A stretch of 64,000 bases of DNA from Octopus vulgaris (Eukaryota). The position numbers and the translations under genes were made by a program. How positions within the stretch are numbered: position 1 is the stretch's first letter; every line of letters starts with the position of its first letter. The stretch is from the NCBI GenBank assembly GCA_951406725.2, contig OX597822.1:94178001-94242000 (forward strand). The letters run 5' to 3'. Below are positions 37,117 to 51,366 of the stretch, in pieces. The notes beneath the pieces are model-generated. The model ran no database searches. It was not told where the DNA came from and was given only the letters and a program-made list of their open reading frames with translations.

Positions 37117-37723
37117 ATTTCCTTTTTGTATTTGGTTTACAAGATTCTTTATGTGAATTTGAGTGTTGAAGCATAATTTATTTTGTCTGAGTAGAGTCAT
37201 TGTCTTTTAGTGCCTTAAAAATTAACACACTCACTAGTTCAATTTCCACTCATTTACTTATCTATTTTTTCTAAAATTACCATTGCGTCTTGCAACCTTT
37301 TCAGCAACTATTGAAAAGGTTGCGAGATGAAAAGAAAATTTTAAAAAAAATAAGTAAATGAATGGAAATCAAACCAGTTAAGTAATAAGGCACTAAAAGA
37401 GAATGTCTCCCCAGATACATCATCATCATTATCATCCTCATTATCGTTTAATGTCCATTTTCCATGCTGGCATGGGTTGGACAGTTCGACTTTGGTCTGG
37501 GAAGCCAGGAGGCTGCACCAGGCCCCAATCTGATCTGGCAGTGTTTCTACAGCTGGATACCCTTCCTAACACCAACTACTCAGAGTGTAGTGGGTGCTTT
37601 TTACATACCACTGGCACAGGGGCCAGAGGAGCTAGCATTGATCACGATTGGATGGTGCTTTTTACGTGCCACCGGCACGGAAGCCAGTCAAAGCAGCACT
37701 ATATTTATATATATATATATATA

Positions 37724-37959
37724 CAGGGTGGCCCAAAAGTAGATTTATAGTTATTACGTAGGCACTTGAAATTTTTTTAAAAAACATTTTATTACATTTC
37801 AATTTCTATGTTACAAACTGAAAAAGGTACATGACAAAATTAACTAAATTAGCATAGAATAATGGTATCATATTTTTTTATAATTAAGATCTAACCTGTA
37901 CATATATGAATATGACAGGGATAGTTGAATAACTATAAACCTACTTTTGGGCCACCCTG
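37724..37959. mobile_element. Tc1/mariner-type MITE
   Basis: TA|CAGGGTGGCCCAAAAGTAG ... CTACTTTTGGGCCACCCTG|TA. Confidence 0.9.
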
Positions 37960-38019
37960 TATACATATATACACAGTACACATAGATGCATACATGTGTG
38001 TGTGAGTGTATACACATAG

Positions 38020-38112
38020 ATACATAGATACATAGATAGATAGATAGATACATACATACATACATACATACATACATACATACATACATACATACATACA
38101 TACATACATACA

Positions 38113-38145
<33 letters not shown>

Positions 38146-38341
38146 GTGTGTGTGTGTGTATACACACACACATGCACAAGCATATATCATCATCATCATC
38201 ATTTAACATCTGTTCTACATGCTGGAATGGGTTGGATGGTTTGATAGGAGCTGGCCAGCTGGAGAGCTGCCCAGGTGAAATTATTAATTAATTTATTTAA
38301 TTATTTAATTAATTAATTTGACCCTTTTATTATTAATTGGA

Positions 38342-38373
<32 letters not shown>

Positions 38374-38484
38374 GCTTGGTAATCTGCTGAAATGTTTCTT
38401 ATGTCTATCTACCTGGTTATCTGGACATCTGGACAAGTGTCTTCAGCTATAGGCCCCTGGCCACCAACGCTTTGTGAAAGAAGC

Positions 38485-38570
<86 letters not shown>

Positions 38571-38787
38571 ATCAATACCATGCACTCAGATTACTTTGGA
38601 ACAAAGCAAATCACTGGTCTGGGACTTAGAAGCAAATAGAATGAAGTGTATTTGCTGGTGCATTTTGTGAATACATATGTGTTTTTTTTAAATGTGTGTG
38701 TGTGCATGTGTATGTGTATGCGCATATGCACACGTATGTGTGTGATGCACCAAAACATTTGATATTTTATTTATGTTATGTTATTAC

Positions 38788-38838
<51 letters not shown>

Positions 38839-38850
38839 TTTTTATTATCA

Positions 38851-38930
<80 letters not shown>

Positions 38931-39194
38931 GGCAGAAACGTTAGCATGCTGGGCAAAATGTGTAGCCGTATTTCGTCTGTCATTACGTTCTGAGTTCAAA
39001 TTCCGCCGAGGTCGACTTTGCCTTTCATCCTTTCGGGGTCGATAAATAAAGTACCAGTTTCGCACTGGGGTCGATGTAACCGACTTAATTCCTTTGTCTG
39101 TCCTTGTTTGTCCCCTCTATGTTTAGCCCCTTGTGGGCAGTAAAGAAATACATTATTATTATTATTATTATTGTTATTGTTATTATTACTATTA

Positions 39195-39292
<98 letters not shown>

Positions 39293-39579
39293 TTTGTTCA
39301 TCATATTATTATTACGAGTATGTGTATTCATCATTATTTTATTTATTTTATTCAACTTTAGAAAAATCGAAGCATGTCTTTGACAATTCTGAGCATATTC
39401 AACTTACTTTGTCTGTGAATTTTGGCCCACCTTGTACACCTATCTGTTTATCAAACCATCTATCTATCTATCTGTCTATCTACCTACCTACCTGTCAGTC
39501 TGTCTATCAATTCACATATGTGTGTATCTATCTATCTATCTATCTATCTATCTACCTACCTACCTACCTACCTACCTAC

Positions 39580-39662
<83 letters not shown>

Positions 39663-39665
39663 CAC
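38020..39665. repeat. Microsatellite cluster (CATA)n, (TA)n(TG)n, (TAT)n, (TATC)n
   Basis: Direct reading; source of the spurious poly-I/Y/L/N ORFs. Confidence 0.95.
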
Positions 39666-40329
39666 CAACACAACTACTATCAACACCAAGACCAATATAT
39701 CCATTGCCATTGTCAACCCCCTGATGTCTTTTTATGACAAGATAAAAGACTTCCTCTGAAATAAAAGACAATGTACATAAGATAATGTGGTGGCTTAGTG
39801 TATTTTAAATGAAATATCTTTGATCTTAGGTCAATGAAGATTGACTTGAGACCATGCGGCAACATCAATACAATTAACAAGGACAATACAACCACTGCCA
39901 CTACCATCATCACTACTATCACCAATATCGAAATCAATATTGCCACCACTACCAACCCATCGACTTTTGAATACAATACATTGCATCAGGCATGATAGCA
40001 ATGTCTGTAGCTACATAAGTTGTATGTCAAGGCAACAGAGTATGAGTGTGTGTGTGTCTGAAAGGGAAAGAGAGGAGGGAGAATCAAAGGTGCAAAGATG
40101 TAAGTGGTCATGAACCTTGCAACCTTTACTCCCGCCTCATTCCTTCACCCTTTCTTCTCATTTCAATTCTTACAGCTTAGGAAACATGGCAACAATTTTT
40201 TTACTCTCACAAAACAGTTCTCTCCTGGTACTTTCTGTTTCACTACATATTTTTTGCAGATAATTGTTGATTGCTATTGCTGTTGGATTTATCTACAATT
40301 TAAGATGTTTGGAAGGAGGCCATTGAACA

Positions 40330-41330
40330 GAACTGAAGAAAGTTATGCAAAAAGCAACCATAAAAGGATTGCACTGGATATTAAATTGATGGTTGAAGAA
40401 TACTTGATGTGGGATAAATATTAGCCACATTTCCCAAAAAACATTTTTAAACTTGCAATGTCTACAATAGGAACAATTAAGTGCTCAAGAAGCTATTTCA
40501 TTAACTTCTTGGACCATCTTTTTTCATAGATCTAGTGTGATGCTTAAAATGGAGTGGCTCTTGAATGTATTGATCATGGATAAAACTTGATGCAATGTGC
40601 CAACAGGCATAATGGTAATTTAAAAAAAACAAAAGAAAGAAGAAAAGAAAATTTAAAAAACCCAAATGTTTGTATGGCAATTTTCAGAAAAAGGAAGGTG
40701 AAACTTCTTACAGTTTCTATAGAAAATGGTTTTTGGCTGCTTTGAATATGCACAATATAAAAATGACTGGTAAAGCTGCCAGTGCTGAAACAGAGGTTGC
40801 TGCTAATTATCCTGAGCAGTTGAAGATGATTACTGAAGGGGACTACACAACAAAGCAAATATAATAATGTTGATGAAACTGCATACCCGTAAGAATTTAT
40901 TATTTCTTGAGGAGAAAAATTAACATCAAAGTTTAAAGCTTCCAAAATTTGTCTGATGCTGTTGGGAGGAAATACTGCTGGTGATATGAAATTAAAGTCC
41001 CTATGTATGTATTACTCAAAAATCAGAGAACTTTCAAAATTTAACTCTGATTCAACATTCAAATAAGAAGGCATAGCTGACTAAGAGCCTTTCCAAAGAG
41101 TTGGTTACAAACATATTTTGTTCTGCTGTAGAATGGCCAGATTGTAGTTGTGACTTTACAAGTTTTCTACAAGCAGAAAGTTTATGTCATATCTGGTAAG
41201 ATATTATGACACTTGCTGATGATGTGGGATTTGAAGAAGTGTTATACAACTAAACTTAGTAGCTATTTAAGCAATGAGTTCGGAGATGGTTAAGCGGTTA
41301 GTTGTGGTATTGAAGAAGGAGCAATAACTC
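40330..41330 (+). mobile_element. Decayed Tigger/pogo-like transposase remnant
   Basis: Fragments HKRIALDIKL, KWF...NIKMTGKAASAETEVAANYPEQLK, then YNVDET (DDE_1 motif) and LLGGN.AGD.KLK. Confidence 0.75.
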
Positions 41331-41475
41331 CTGAAATATGCATATGACCCAATTACCTAATTTTCTATCTTTGGCCACATTGTTTACACTGATGTATTGA
41401 TATACAAAATTTTAACTTTCAGTGTTGGATCTAAATTCTTTAAACTATCTGTAGAGATAACTAAAAAATAATATA

Positions 41476-41544
<69 letters not shown>

Positions 41545-41744
41545 CATACTACACTCTCGGAGTGGTTGGCGTTAGGAAGGGCATCCACCTGTAGAAACAC
41601 TGCCAGATCTGACTGGCCTGGTGCAGCCTTCGGGCTCCCCAGACCCCAGTTGAACCGTCCAACCCATGCTAGCATGGAAAGCGGACGTTAAACGATGATG
41701 ATGACATACATGCATACATACATACGCTTACATATATATATATT

Positions 41745-42567
41745 ATGGCTGCCCCCTCGTTATCGAGTATGGCCATTGCACGAAGCTTAACTGTTACTGG
41801 TGCTGTGATCGAATGTAACTTTTTAGCCCAGCTAAAGATCTACAATGTCTTGCACAGAATTGGCAACTAAAACCTTTACTGGTAATAGCCGGCTGCAGTT
41901 GTAACTGGGCTTCATGTACCTTTGCATGTCGTTTAAGTCCTCCTGCCGAATTACACTCTCTTCCACATGCCCGACAGATATGATTAGTATGGTGTGTTAC
42001 ACCACCACTAGTGGCCAGGTCGTCACTCATCTGTCTTGCTTTATGACTACGCAGATGACTCATGAGTCCAGCTTTACTGAGGCAGGGTCTTGCACAGACA
42101 TTGCATGTCAGCATCAAAGGAAGACCTTTCCCTTCTGGAAGTGTAACAGCAATGCCCTTCCTGACATCCCTCCTTACTTTCTCATGTGCAACTCTTCTCT
42201 ATGCGACCTTAAACAACTGGAACGTTTCCATCAGATGTGCCTCAGACGGATCTATGGCATTAAGTGGAAGGACTGCATCAGTGATCTTGAAATATTGGAA
42301 GGCTCTTGGTGTGAAAGTATAGAAGCTCTTGTGTTAAAGCAAAAGCTCAGATGGAGTGGTCATCTGGTCAGGATGAAGGATTCAAGGATGCTAAAACAAC
42401 TCTTTTATGGAGAGTTAGATAAAGGAGAACGACCTCCACATAAACCAAAAAAGAGGTATAAGGACTTGCTGAAGGCTTCCTTAAGAGATGCTTGCATCTC
42501 TCCTGACACATGGGAAGGCATAGCTATTGATCGTAGCAGGTGGCGAAGGATTGTGCATGAGGGACAC
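41745..42567. mobile_element. RTE/BovB-like LINE 3' fragment with 5' inversion (41745-~42200 minus; ~42200-42567 plus)
   Basis: Plus part LERFHQMCLRRI...SIEAL..KQKLRWSGHLVRM..KQLFYGEL..KRYKD..DRSRWR; minus part continues with three C2H2 fingers (CNVCARPCLSKAGLMSHLRSH) and 3' UTR; embedded in (TA)n. Confidence 0.85.
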
Positions 42568-42817
42568 ATATATATATATATATATATATACATATAGATA
42601 TATACACACACATATATATATACACATATACATATATATATATACACATGTATGTATACATATACACACATATATACATATATACATATACATAAACATA
42701 CACATACATATATATATATATACATATACATATATACATATATATATACATATATACATGTATATATATATATACATACATATATACATGTATATATATA
42801 TACAAATATACATATAT

Positions 42818-42857
<40 letters not shown>

Positions 42858-43342
42858 CAAATGTGAGGATAAAATTCTTTTTGAAAAAAACTATTTTCTC
42901 GAAAAAAATTTTATCAATGGCCAGCATATTAAAAAATACCTTTAACGGTTAAATTTATAAATAATTCATAAATGAGGGCAAAGGAAAAAAATTCTAATAC
43001 CAAATATGCCGAAAAATTGGACATATTGTCCATTAACCATATAACTTTTTCTTCACAATACGCATGCTACTCGAAAAAAGGTCGACAGAAATTTCTAAAA
43101 AATTCCATTATTACCATATATTATTACCATTTCTAAAAAAAGATAATTTTTAATAATTTTGATATATATTTAAAATAATATAAATTAATTAATCTTATGT
43201 ATTAGCTTAAGTTTTTCATTGTATGATTTGCCTAATAGTGGTTTTATCTCTAATTTAATATAATATAATATTTTACTATAAAATTGGATTCAATCCTAAA
43301 TCTGATTTTTCCCTGTAAGTTTGGATTTATTCCCTAATATTT

Positions 43343-43390
<48 letters not shown>

Positions 43391-43515
43391 ATACATAATC
43401 ATTACAGATATAGGGTGAAAAATTATTAATTTAATTATTATTGGTCAAGCATCTTGTTACTAAATCCTTATTGTTATAATTATATATACATATATATATA
43501 CACATATATATATAA

Positions 43516-43558
<43 letters not shown>

Positions 43559-43953
43559 GACATACATATATATACATAAGCATATATATTCATATATATA
43601 TGTATATATGTATATATATAAATATATATGTGTGTGTGTACATATTTATATATAAAGATATATATATACTCTTTTACTCTTTTACTCATTTCAGCCTTGT
43701 GGGCGTGGTTTATCCTGGTGCACCACCATGGTCTCTCTGACTTCCTCAGACTGGGTGTTTCACATCTCCACTCCTGTATGTGCCTTTACCCCAGCTTTTG
43801 GTACATTTGGTGTATAATGGAGTTTGAGTCTGCTTTCCCTCTCTGTACCTCATGTTGGACTGTTGGTTCATCTGATATTGTGGAGAGGAAGGTGACTAGT
43901 TCCTTTTTGATGACATCTACTTCCATACACAAACACACACACACATATATATA

Positions 43954-44025
<72 letters not shown>

Positions 44026-44082
44026 TATATATATTCATATATATATACATATATATACATACACACACATATATATATATAT

Positions 44083-44630
44083 ATGGTGGCTGCCCCTCGT
44101 TATCGAGTATGGCCATTGCACGAAGCTTAATCAATGTTGTTATCGTGCAATGCCTATGCAAGAAGATTTTTTTAAAAGTGAGGAAAGGCTGTGCACTGAG
44201 TCAATCCCACTCACTAAGCAACAGCAGCCATAATCCGAAAAGAAGAAGTCAACATCATCGGTAACCACTGAGCCGCAGGCTTTATGTCCGAGTTATCCCA
44301 GTTACCTGAGTTACCTTCTCCTAGAAGTATGCCCTAACAAAGGCTAGGAGTCCTTCACTCCCAATGGTTTAACCGTGCGATTGGGTATTCAGTCCGATTA
44401 TTTCTATGTCCCCGCACATGATACAGCATTAAGACATTTATTGGATGGCTGTTGACTCTCAATAGTTCCTCCGCCCTTTGACGGATTTTGTTTTTCATCC
44501 CGCAGGGTGTCCAATAAACACCCTCCTCACCAAGCAAGCTTGGTGGGGTTGCCGGTTTAGTCACCAACGACCCGACCATGCAACAGGTTGTACTGGGTTA
44601 CATGTTACCAGTAGCACTCGAAAGTGACCT

Positions 44631-44632
<2 letters not shown>
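44083..44632 (-). mobile_element. RTE-related short non-autonomous element; 5'-truncated copy 46530-46935
   Basis: 3' ~45 nt (ggctgcccctcgttatcgagtatggccattgcacgaagcttaa on +) nearly identical to the RTE end at 41747-41790; both copies lie in TA/CA microsatellites. Confidence 0.75.
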
Positions 44633-44675
<43 letters not shown>

Positions 44676-44825
44676 GTATATATATACATATATATATATA
44701 CATATATACATATATATACATATATACATATATATACATATATATACATATATACATATATATACATATATATACATATATACATATATATACATATATA
44801 TATACATATATACATATATATATAC

Positions 44826-44858
<33 letters not shown>

Positions 44859-45289
44859 CATATATATATACATATATATACATATATACACATATACACA
44901 TATATACATATATACATTCATATATATACTTTTATGAATTTCTGTTGCAAGATCCCTAATGGGAAGTTGTTTGTTGAAAGAGATCTTGTTGTATTTTATG
45001 GTGGTCATGTTTTTTCCCAAAGAAACACATGCACTATATATTTTTTTCATCACTTGTTTGTTACTGTTCTTATTCTAACTCATGTCCATTGTTTGGAAAT
45101 CTTTCGTCACACACCAGTGGCCTCCTCAGTGATATTTTCAGTGTTTGTGTGTGCTCTTGCTCTGCTTATGCCATTCTCTGGAATGGAAAAAGGTAGTGTG
45201 TGTGTTTATTGCGGGGGGTGGTGAAATAAATAAATGATTGTCCCAAAATACAACAATATATATACATATATATATTATAGATATTTATA

Positions 45290-45344
<55 letters not shown>

Positions 45345-45792
45345 CATCATCATCATCATCATCGTTTAACGTCTGCTTTCCATGCTAGCATGGGTTGGAC
45401 GATTTGACTGAGGTCTGGCGAACCAGATGGCTGCACCAGACTCCAGTCTGATCTGGCAGAGTTTCTACAGCTGGATGCCCTTCCTAACACCAACCACTCC
45501 AAGAGTGTAGTGGGTGCTTTTACGTGCTGCTGGCATGAGGGCCTGTGAGGTGATACTGGCAATGGCCACGCTCAAATGGTGCTTTTTATGTGTCACCTGC
45601 ACAAGAGCCAGTCCAGCAGCACTATATATATTTATATATAAGAGGGATGACCACTAAGTGGACATCCATTATGCTAGAAGTCGACCCCCTATAGTCTTAT
45701 CACTAAAAAAGGAATGTTCTCAAGAAAATTTAGCAAACGCCAGAACGTAAGTGAGCAAGACAAATGAAAAGATACAAAATATACAGATTAAT

Positions 45793-45859
45793 CATAAACC
45801 AGTTTCGTTGTTACCACCTATGTAATCACTTATGTAGATGTCTGCAACTCGTCAGTATG
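45793..45859 (-). ncRNA. Minimal type I hammerhead ribozyme motif
   Basis: Minus strand cata-CTGACGA-gttg...caac-GAAA-ctgg-TT-tatg: stem I cata/tatg, stem II gttg/caac, short stem III, NUH = GUU. Confidence 0.75.
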
Positions 45860-46321
45860 ATCGTCATAGCAAAATATAATTTGCAGAACTATACACAAGT
45901 CGTCTGCATGAGATTGAACATGTACATAGTTCTACCCATTACATTTGGGGTTATATCTCAAAAGTCTTCATTTTGGTGTGCTAAAATATCAGAGATAATT
46001 CTGCAGAATATTATTCTCTGCAGTGAATTTTGCCGGTTAGAGAACATAGTTATTTAAGTTTAAATTTAAAATAATAAGGGTGAAAAATTGAATATTAATT
46101 TGATTAATATCAATTTAAAACCAGTGGTCCAGCATACAGAAAAATCTGAAGATTCAGAAAAATTATATTACATACATATAAGAGGGATGACCACTAAGAG
46201 GACATCCATTATGCTAGAAGTCAACCTCCTATGGTCTTACCACTAAGAATTCGATCCCCTATGGTCTTACCACTTAGTCCACAGGTAGTAAAACTTTCTA
46301 AAATCTTTATTACTCTGATAT

Positions 46322-46408
<87 letters not shown>

Positions 46409-46455
46409 GTTTAGCGTCCGTTTTCCATGCTAACATATATATATATACACATATT

Positions 46456-46488
<33 letters not shown>

Positions 46489-46970
46489 ATGTGTGTGTGT
46501 GTGTGTATATGTATGTATATATATATACATGGTGGCTGCCCCCTCATTATCGAGTATGGTCATTGCACGAAGCTTAATCAATGTTACTGTGCAATGCCCG
46601 TGCAAGAAGATTTTTTTTTAAAGTGAGGAAAGGCTGTGCACTGAGTCAATCCCACTCACTAAGCAACAGCAGCTATAATCCGAAAAGAAGAACAAGTCAA
46701 CATCATCGGTAACCACTGAGCCACAGGTTTTATGTCGGAGTTATCCCAGTTACCTGAGTTACCTTCTCCTAGAAGGATGCCCTAACAAAAGCTAGGAGTC
46801 CTTCACTCCCAATGGTTTAACCGCATGATCGGGTATTCAGCCTGATTATTTCTATGTCCCCGTGCATTATACAGCCTAAAGGGTTTTTAGTAGGATGGCC
46901 ATTGACTCCCAAAAGATCCTCCACCCTTTGAGGAGGATATATACATACATATATATATATACATACATAT

Positions 46971-47111
<141 letters not shown>

Positions 47112-48383
47112 GAGTCTGATAAAATAAGTACCAGGTTTAAGAATATATATATATTGTGTGCGTTTGTGTGTGTGTGTATATGTGTGAGGATGTGTGCGCA
47201 TGTGTATATATATATATATTCATATGTGTATTTGTTCATGTATATGTGTGTATGTAAGTACATGTAGATGTATATCTATGGTCACATAAACAAACACATC
47301 CAAAATATTTCCAAGCTGCTATGATAATGTAGACCAGTCAAATTTCAATATATCACAAGCTTATTTGATCAGTACGGCATATATAAATATTCCAGTAAAA
47401 TGTCCATTATTCATGATTGGTGCCAACTACTTCTAAACTGGTTCTCAGTATTGTAAAGCCATTCCTTATCTCTCAGGAAATCAACACAACAAGAATGATG
47501 TATTACTAAATTAATGCAAAACACTTAAACATAGAATTCAAAACAGTCCTTGGCGCTACAATTTTTGACCTAAAAATGAATCTAGTTATTGATTTTAGAC
47601 ATTGAAGAATATTTAGATGTTATATACTTACTTATATGTCAATATTTATTTCATTCGTGGAGGCACAATGGCCCAGTGGTTAGGGTAGCGGACTCGCAGT
47701 CATAGGATCGCGGTTTCGATTCCCAGACCGGGCGTTGTGAGTGTTTATTGGAGTGAAAACACCTAAAGCTCCACGAGGCTCCGGCAGGGGATGGTGGTGA
47801 TCCCTGCTGTACTCTTTCACCACAACTTTCTCTCACTCTTACTTCCTGTTTCTGTTGTACCTGTATTTCAAAGGGCCGGCCTTGTCACTCTCTGTGTCAC
47901 GCTGAATATCCCCGAGAACTACGTTAAGGGTACACGTGACTGTGGAGTGCTCAGCCACTTACATGTTAATTTCACGAGCAGGCTGTTCCGTTGATTTGGA
48001 TCAACCGGAACCCTCGTCGTCGTAACCGATGGAGTGCTTCCATCCATCCATTTATTTCATTCGTTTTTATGTCTGTTCCATCGTGCTAGCATGAGTTAGA
48101 TGAATATATTAGTGTAGCATTGTTTCCAGGTTGAATGTCCTTCCTGTTGCTAATGTCTTATTTATTTATCAAGTAAGGAATTTCTTATCCTACATGTCTT
48201 TCAAAGAGGCAAAGCCAGTAGACGATTGGTTGACAGAGAAAATGACAACAATGGCACTGCTTGTAGTTGAACAATTTTTTGAAAATATCAAATGTAAGTA
48301 AACACACATACGCACACATAGACATACACATACACATGCACATACATACTAATATCCAAATATTTATCTAGGTATCTATCCAC

Positions 48384-48451
<68 letters not shown>

Positions 48452-48499
48452 ATGTATATATATATATATATATACATATGTCTACATACATACATACAT

Positions 48500-48912
48500 A
48501 TATAAAATAGTGTACATTTAAACACAAGAGAAAACTACCTTTAACAGGTAATTTTTACACGCTAGAAGAAGCAGTCAAAACAACCAAAACCACATTTAAT
48601 AGCGATTTTCAAAGGGAATGAAAAATAAAAACTTTTACCTTGTTATTTTTTGCGGTTATACCTAGGTTTCATATTTCTTTAGCAAATAAAATTATTTGCT
48701 AGAATTCGCCTAGCTAAAGAAATTATTTGCTAAAGAAATCTGAAACCTAGGTATAACTGCAACAAATAACAAGGTAAAAGTTTTTATTTTTCATTCCCTT
48801 CGAAAATTGCTCTTAAATGTGGTTTTGGTTGTTTTGGCTGCTTCTTCTAGCACGTAAAAATTACCTGCTAAAGGTAGTTTTCGCTTGTGTTTAAATGTAC
48901 ACTATTTTATAT
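48500..48912. repeat. Long inverted repeat (~190-bp arms), Penelope-derived-like fold-back
   Basis: 48500-48690 is the near-perfect reverse complement of 48722-48912; each arm carries GAAA-cctagg-TA (3' half of a hammerhead). Confidence 0.85.
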
Positions 48913-49328
48913 TGAGAATATGTTGTCTACTGACTTTTTATACATGCTAGGCCACTGGTGGTGAAATTTCTAAGAATATTTGCTACTCAATATCTATATA
49001 CATACATATATAATAACAAAGGGTTAAATTAATTAATTAAGAAGTAATCAATAATTTCACCAAGTAGAATTCGGCATGAAAAAAGGACCATTTCATGGAT
49101 TGTGGATTGTTTTCAAGTATTTTGTTTTTCTGGGAGTCCCTTTTTAAAGTAGAAGAAATAGCTAACGTTTTTTGGCTGCTATTTCTAAACTTCGGTATGT
49201 GGTAAAGCAAATCTTTGCTGAACCCTAATTATTTAGTATTACATGCATATATATATAGGTTAAATAAAATGCGACAACAAAGCCAAGGCAGTGTGAAATT
49301 CCTAAGACATTTTATAAAGAGAAGGGTT

Positions 49329-49376
49329 GTCTTACAGCTGTTTCGGGGATATAAAAGATATTCCATTATCAGAGAC
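49329..49376 (-). ncRNA. Degenerate type I hammerhead motif
   Basis: Minus strand gtct-CTGATAA-stem II-GAAA-cagctg-TA-agac; palindromic stem III; core G8 replaced by A. Confidence 0.6.
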
Positions 49377-49639
49377 GATGTGAGAGAGTTAAATAGAAGG
49401 AAATAGTAGAGTTCAGTATAAGAAGTTATTCTGGAAAGGGAGAGATACAGGAAGTATAAACGGAAATATAAAAATAAAAATAAAGATATATGCTGGATGT
49501 TAAACTTACTGTTTCATTATCCAAGGAATGTGTTGTGTAGAATGGGTAAAAGACTTCTTGTCCATGGTATGTAAGTTCCAATGGGAGTTCATATTTTATT
49601 ATATACATACATGGCAGATGTCAAACGGTGAAATGAAAG

Positions 49640-51366
49640 TTTATTTTACTTTATCTCAACAAAAATCAATGCAGTTATTCAAAGTATGCACCTAAATTAT
49701 CAATAAAATTTTGCTGTTTTATCGGTAGCTCATTTATGCTGGCAGTGAAGAATTCTGGAGAGCAAGAAGTGATGAACTCACAAAAGGCTGTTTTGGCAAC
49801 TTCTTCAGACTTGAAGTGTTTTCCTTGCGAAAAGTTGTCTAATGCTTGAAAAATGTGATAGTCAGCTGGTGCAAGGTTTGGTGAATATGGTGGAAGACAG
49901 AGTATTTCCAAGTTCAATTCCTGTAACTTGAGTAGCGTCCTTTGTGCAACATGTGGTCGGGCATTGTCTTGAAAGAGAATTTGCCTGTCTCTATTGACCA
50001 ATCTCACTTGTTTAATAGCAAGTTCACTCACCATTTCATCAAATTGGTTGATGTATACATCCACTGTATGTGACTTACCAAGGTCTAATGAAGCTGTAGT
50101 GGATGACACCAGCACTGAACCACCAAACAGACACCATTAGCTTTTTTTTTTTTGGTGAATATTCTTTTTAGATTGCTATTGTTGAAAGGAGTCCATTTTT
50201 CACCACATGTAGCAATACGCTGCAAAAATGGTTCACTTTTATGCTGTGACAACAAATAACAACAAGTTTCAAGACAGCGTCTCACTTGATGCTCGTTCAG
50301 TTCATGTGGTACCTACTTGTCCAGCTACTTTACCTTGACAATTTGTTTCAGATGGTCCAATACAGTTGCAATCAAAACATCAAACCTTGCTGCTATCTCA
50401 CGCATAGTTCGAGATGTATCCGCTTCCACTACAGTCTCCAGCTCATCATTATCCACCTTGGTCTCAGATCTACCACAGGACTTATTTTCAGGAGTAAAGT
50501 CATCAGAGTGGAACTTCTCAAAACATCGATGTACAGTGTGCTCATTCGTCACATTTTCATCAAACACCTCATTGATGTCTTGAGCTGTTTGGGATGCGTT
50601 GGTTCCACGATGGAACTCATATTCATAAACAACACAAATTCTTTAATAATAATAATAATAATGAAATTACTGTATACAGTGCTCAGGTGCACCCCAACTT
50701 GTCAAAAAGTGCGTATAAAGTATATGCAGTAATGTACAAATGTCTGGAAAGTGAACAATGTATGAATCAGATACATGCTTGTGTGTATGGAGGGGAGAAA
50801 ATCAGGTGTAGTGTTGGCGAATCTCAGAAAGCATGGAAGTTTTGAAGGATGCAGTGCTCCGACAGCTAACAACTGATGCCGGCAGTTTGTTGCATGCTTC
50901 AGCAACTCTCAGCGTGAAAAAATGTTTCCTAAAGTCATGGGAGCTGTGCTGTTTTCTGACTTTGTAAATATGTCCATGGGTGTTAGACGGGTAGAGTTTG
51001 AAAAGGTGCTCAGAGTTATTATTTGTAAGATGGCTGATAATTTTATGGGTGTCTGTCAAGTCAGCTGCCAGACGTCGGAGTTTCAATGTGTCCATGCCCA
51101 GGGAAGTAAGGCGTTCAGAATATGGCAAATGCCTGATGGAGGGTATTCTTTTGGTTGCACGTCGCTTAACTATCCATGGGTTCAGAAAAATTGATTTACA
51201 AAAGAAAACTAACATTATATTCAGACACCATGAATTAAATTTCGAAAAGTGACAATGTAACTCTTCAATGTTGTAAAACAAAGAATTGTCAGGATAAAAC
51301 ATCAGAGTTAACAACTGTCAAACTTGGTGCATAAGAAAATTGGACATTTCATTCTGAATGACCCAA
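49640..51366 (-). mobile_element. Decayed mariner transposon interrupted by a CR1 fragment (50644-51168)
   Basis: Frameshifted transposase: F..FHSDDF..EN..GR, RIATCGEKW, LFQDNARPHVA, PPYSPNLAPADYHIF. Confidence 0.85.
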
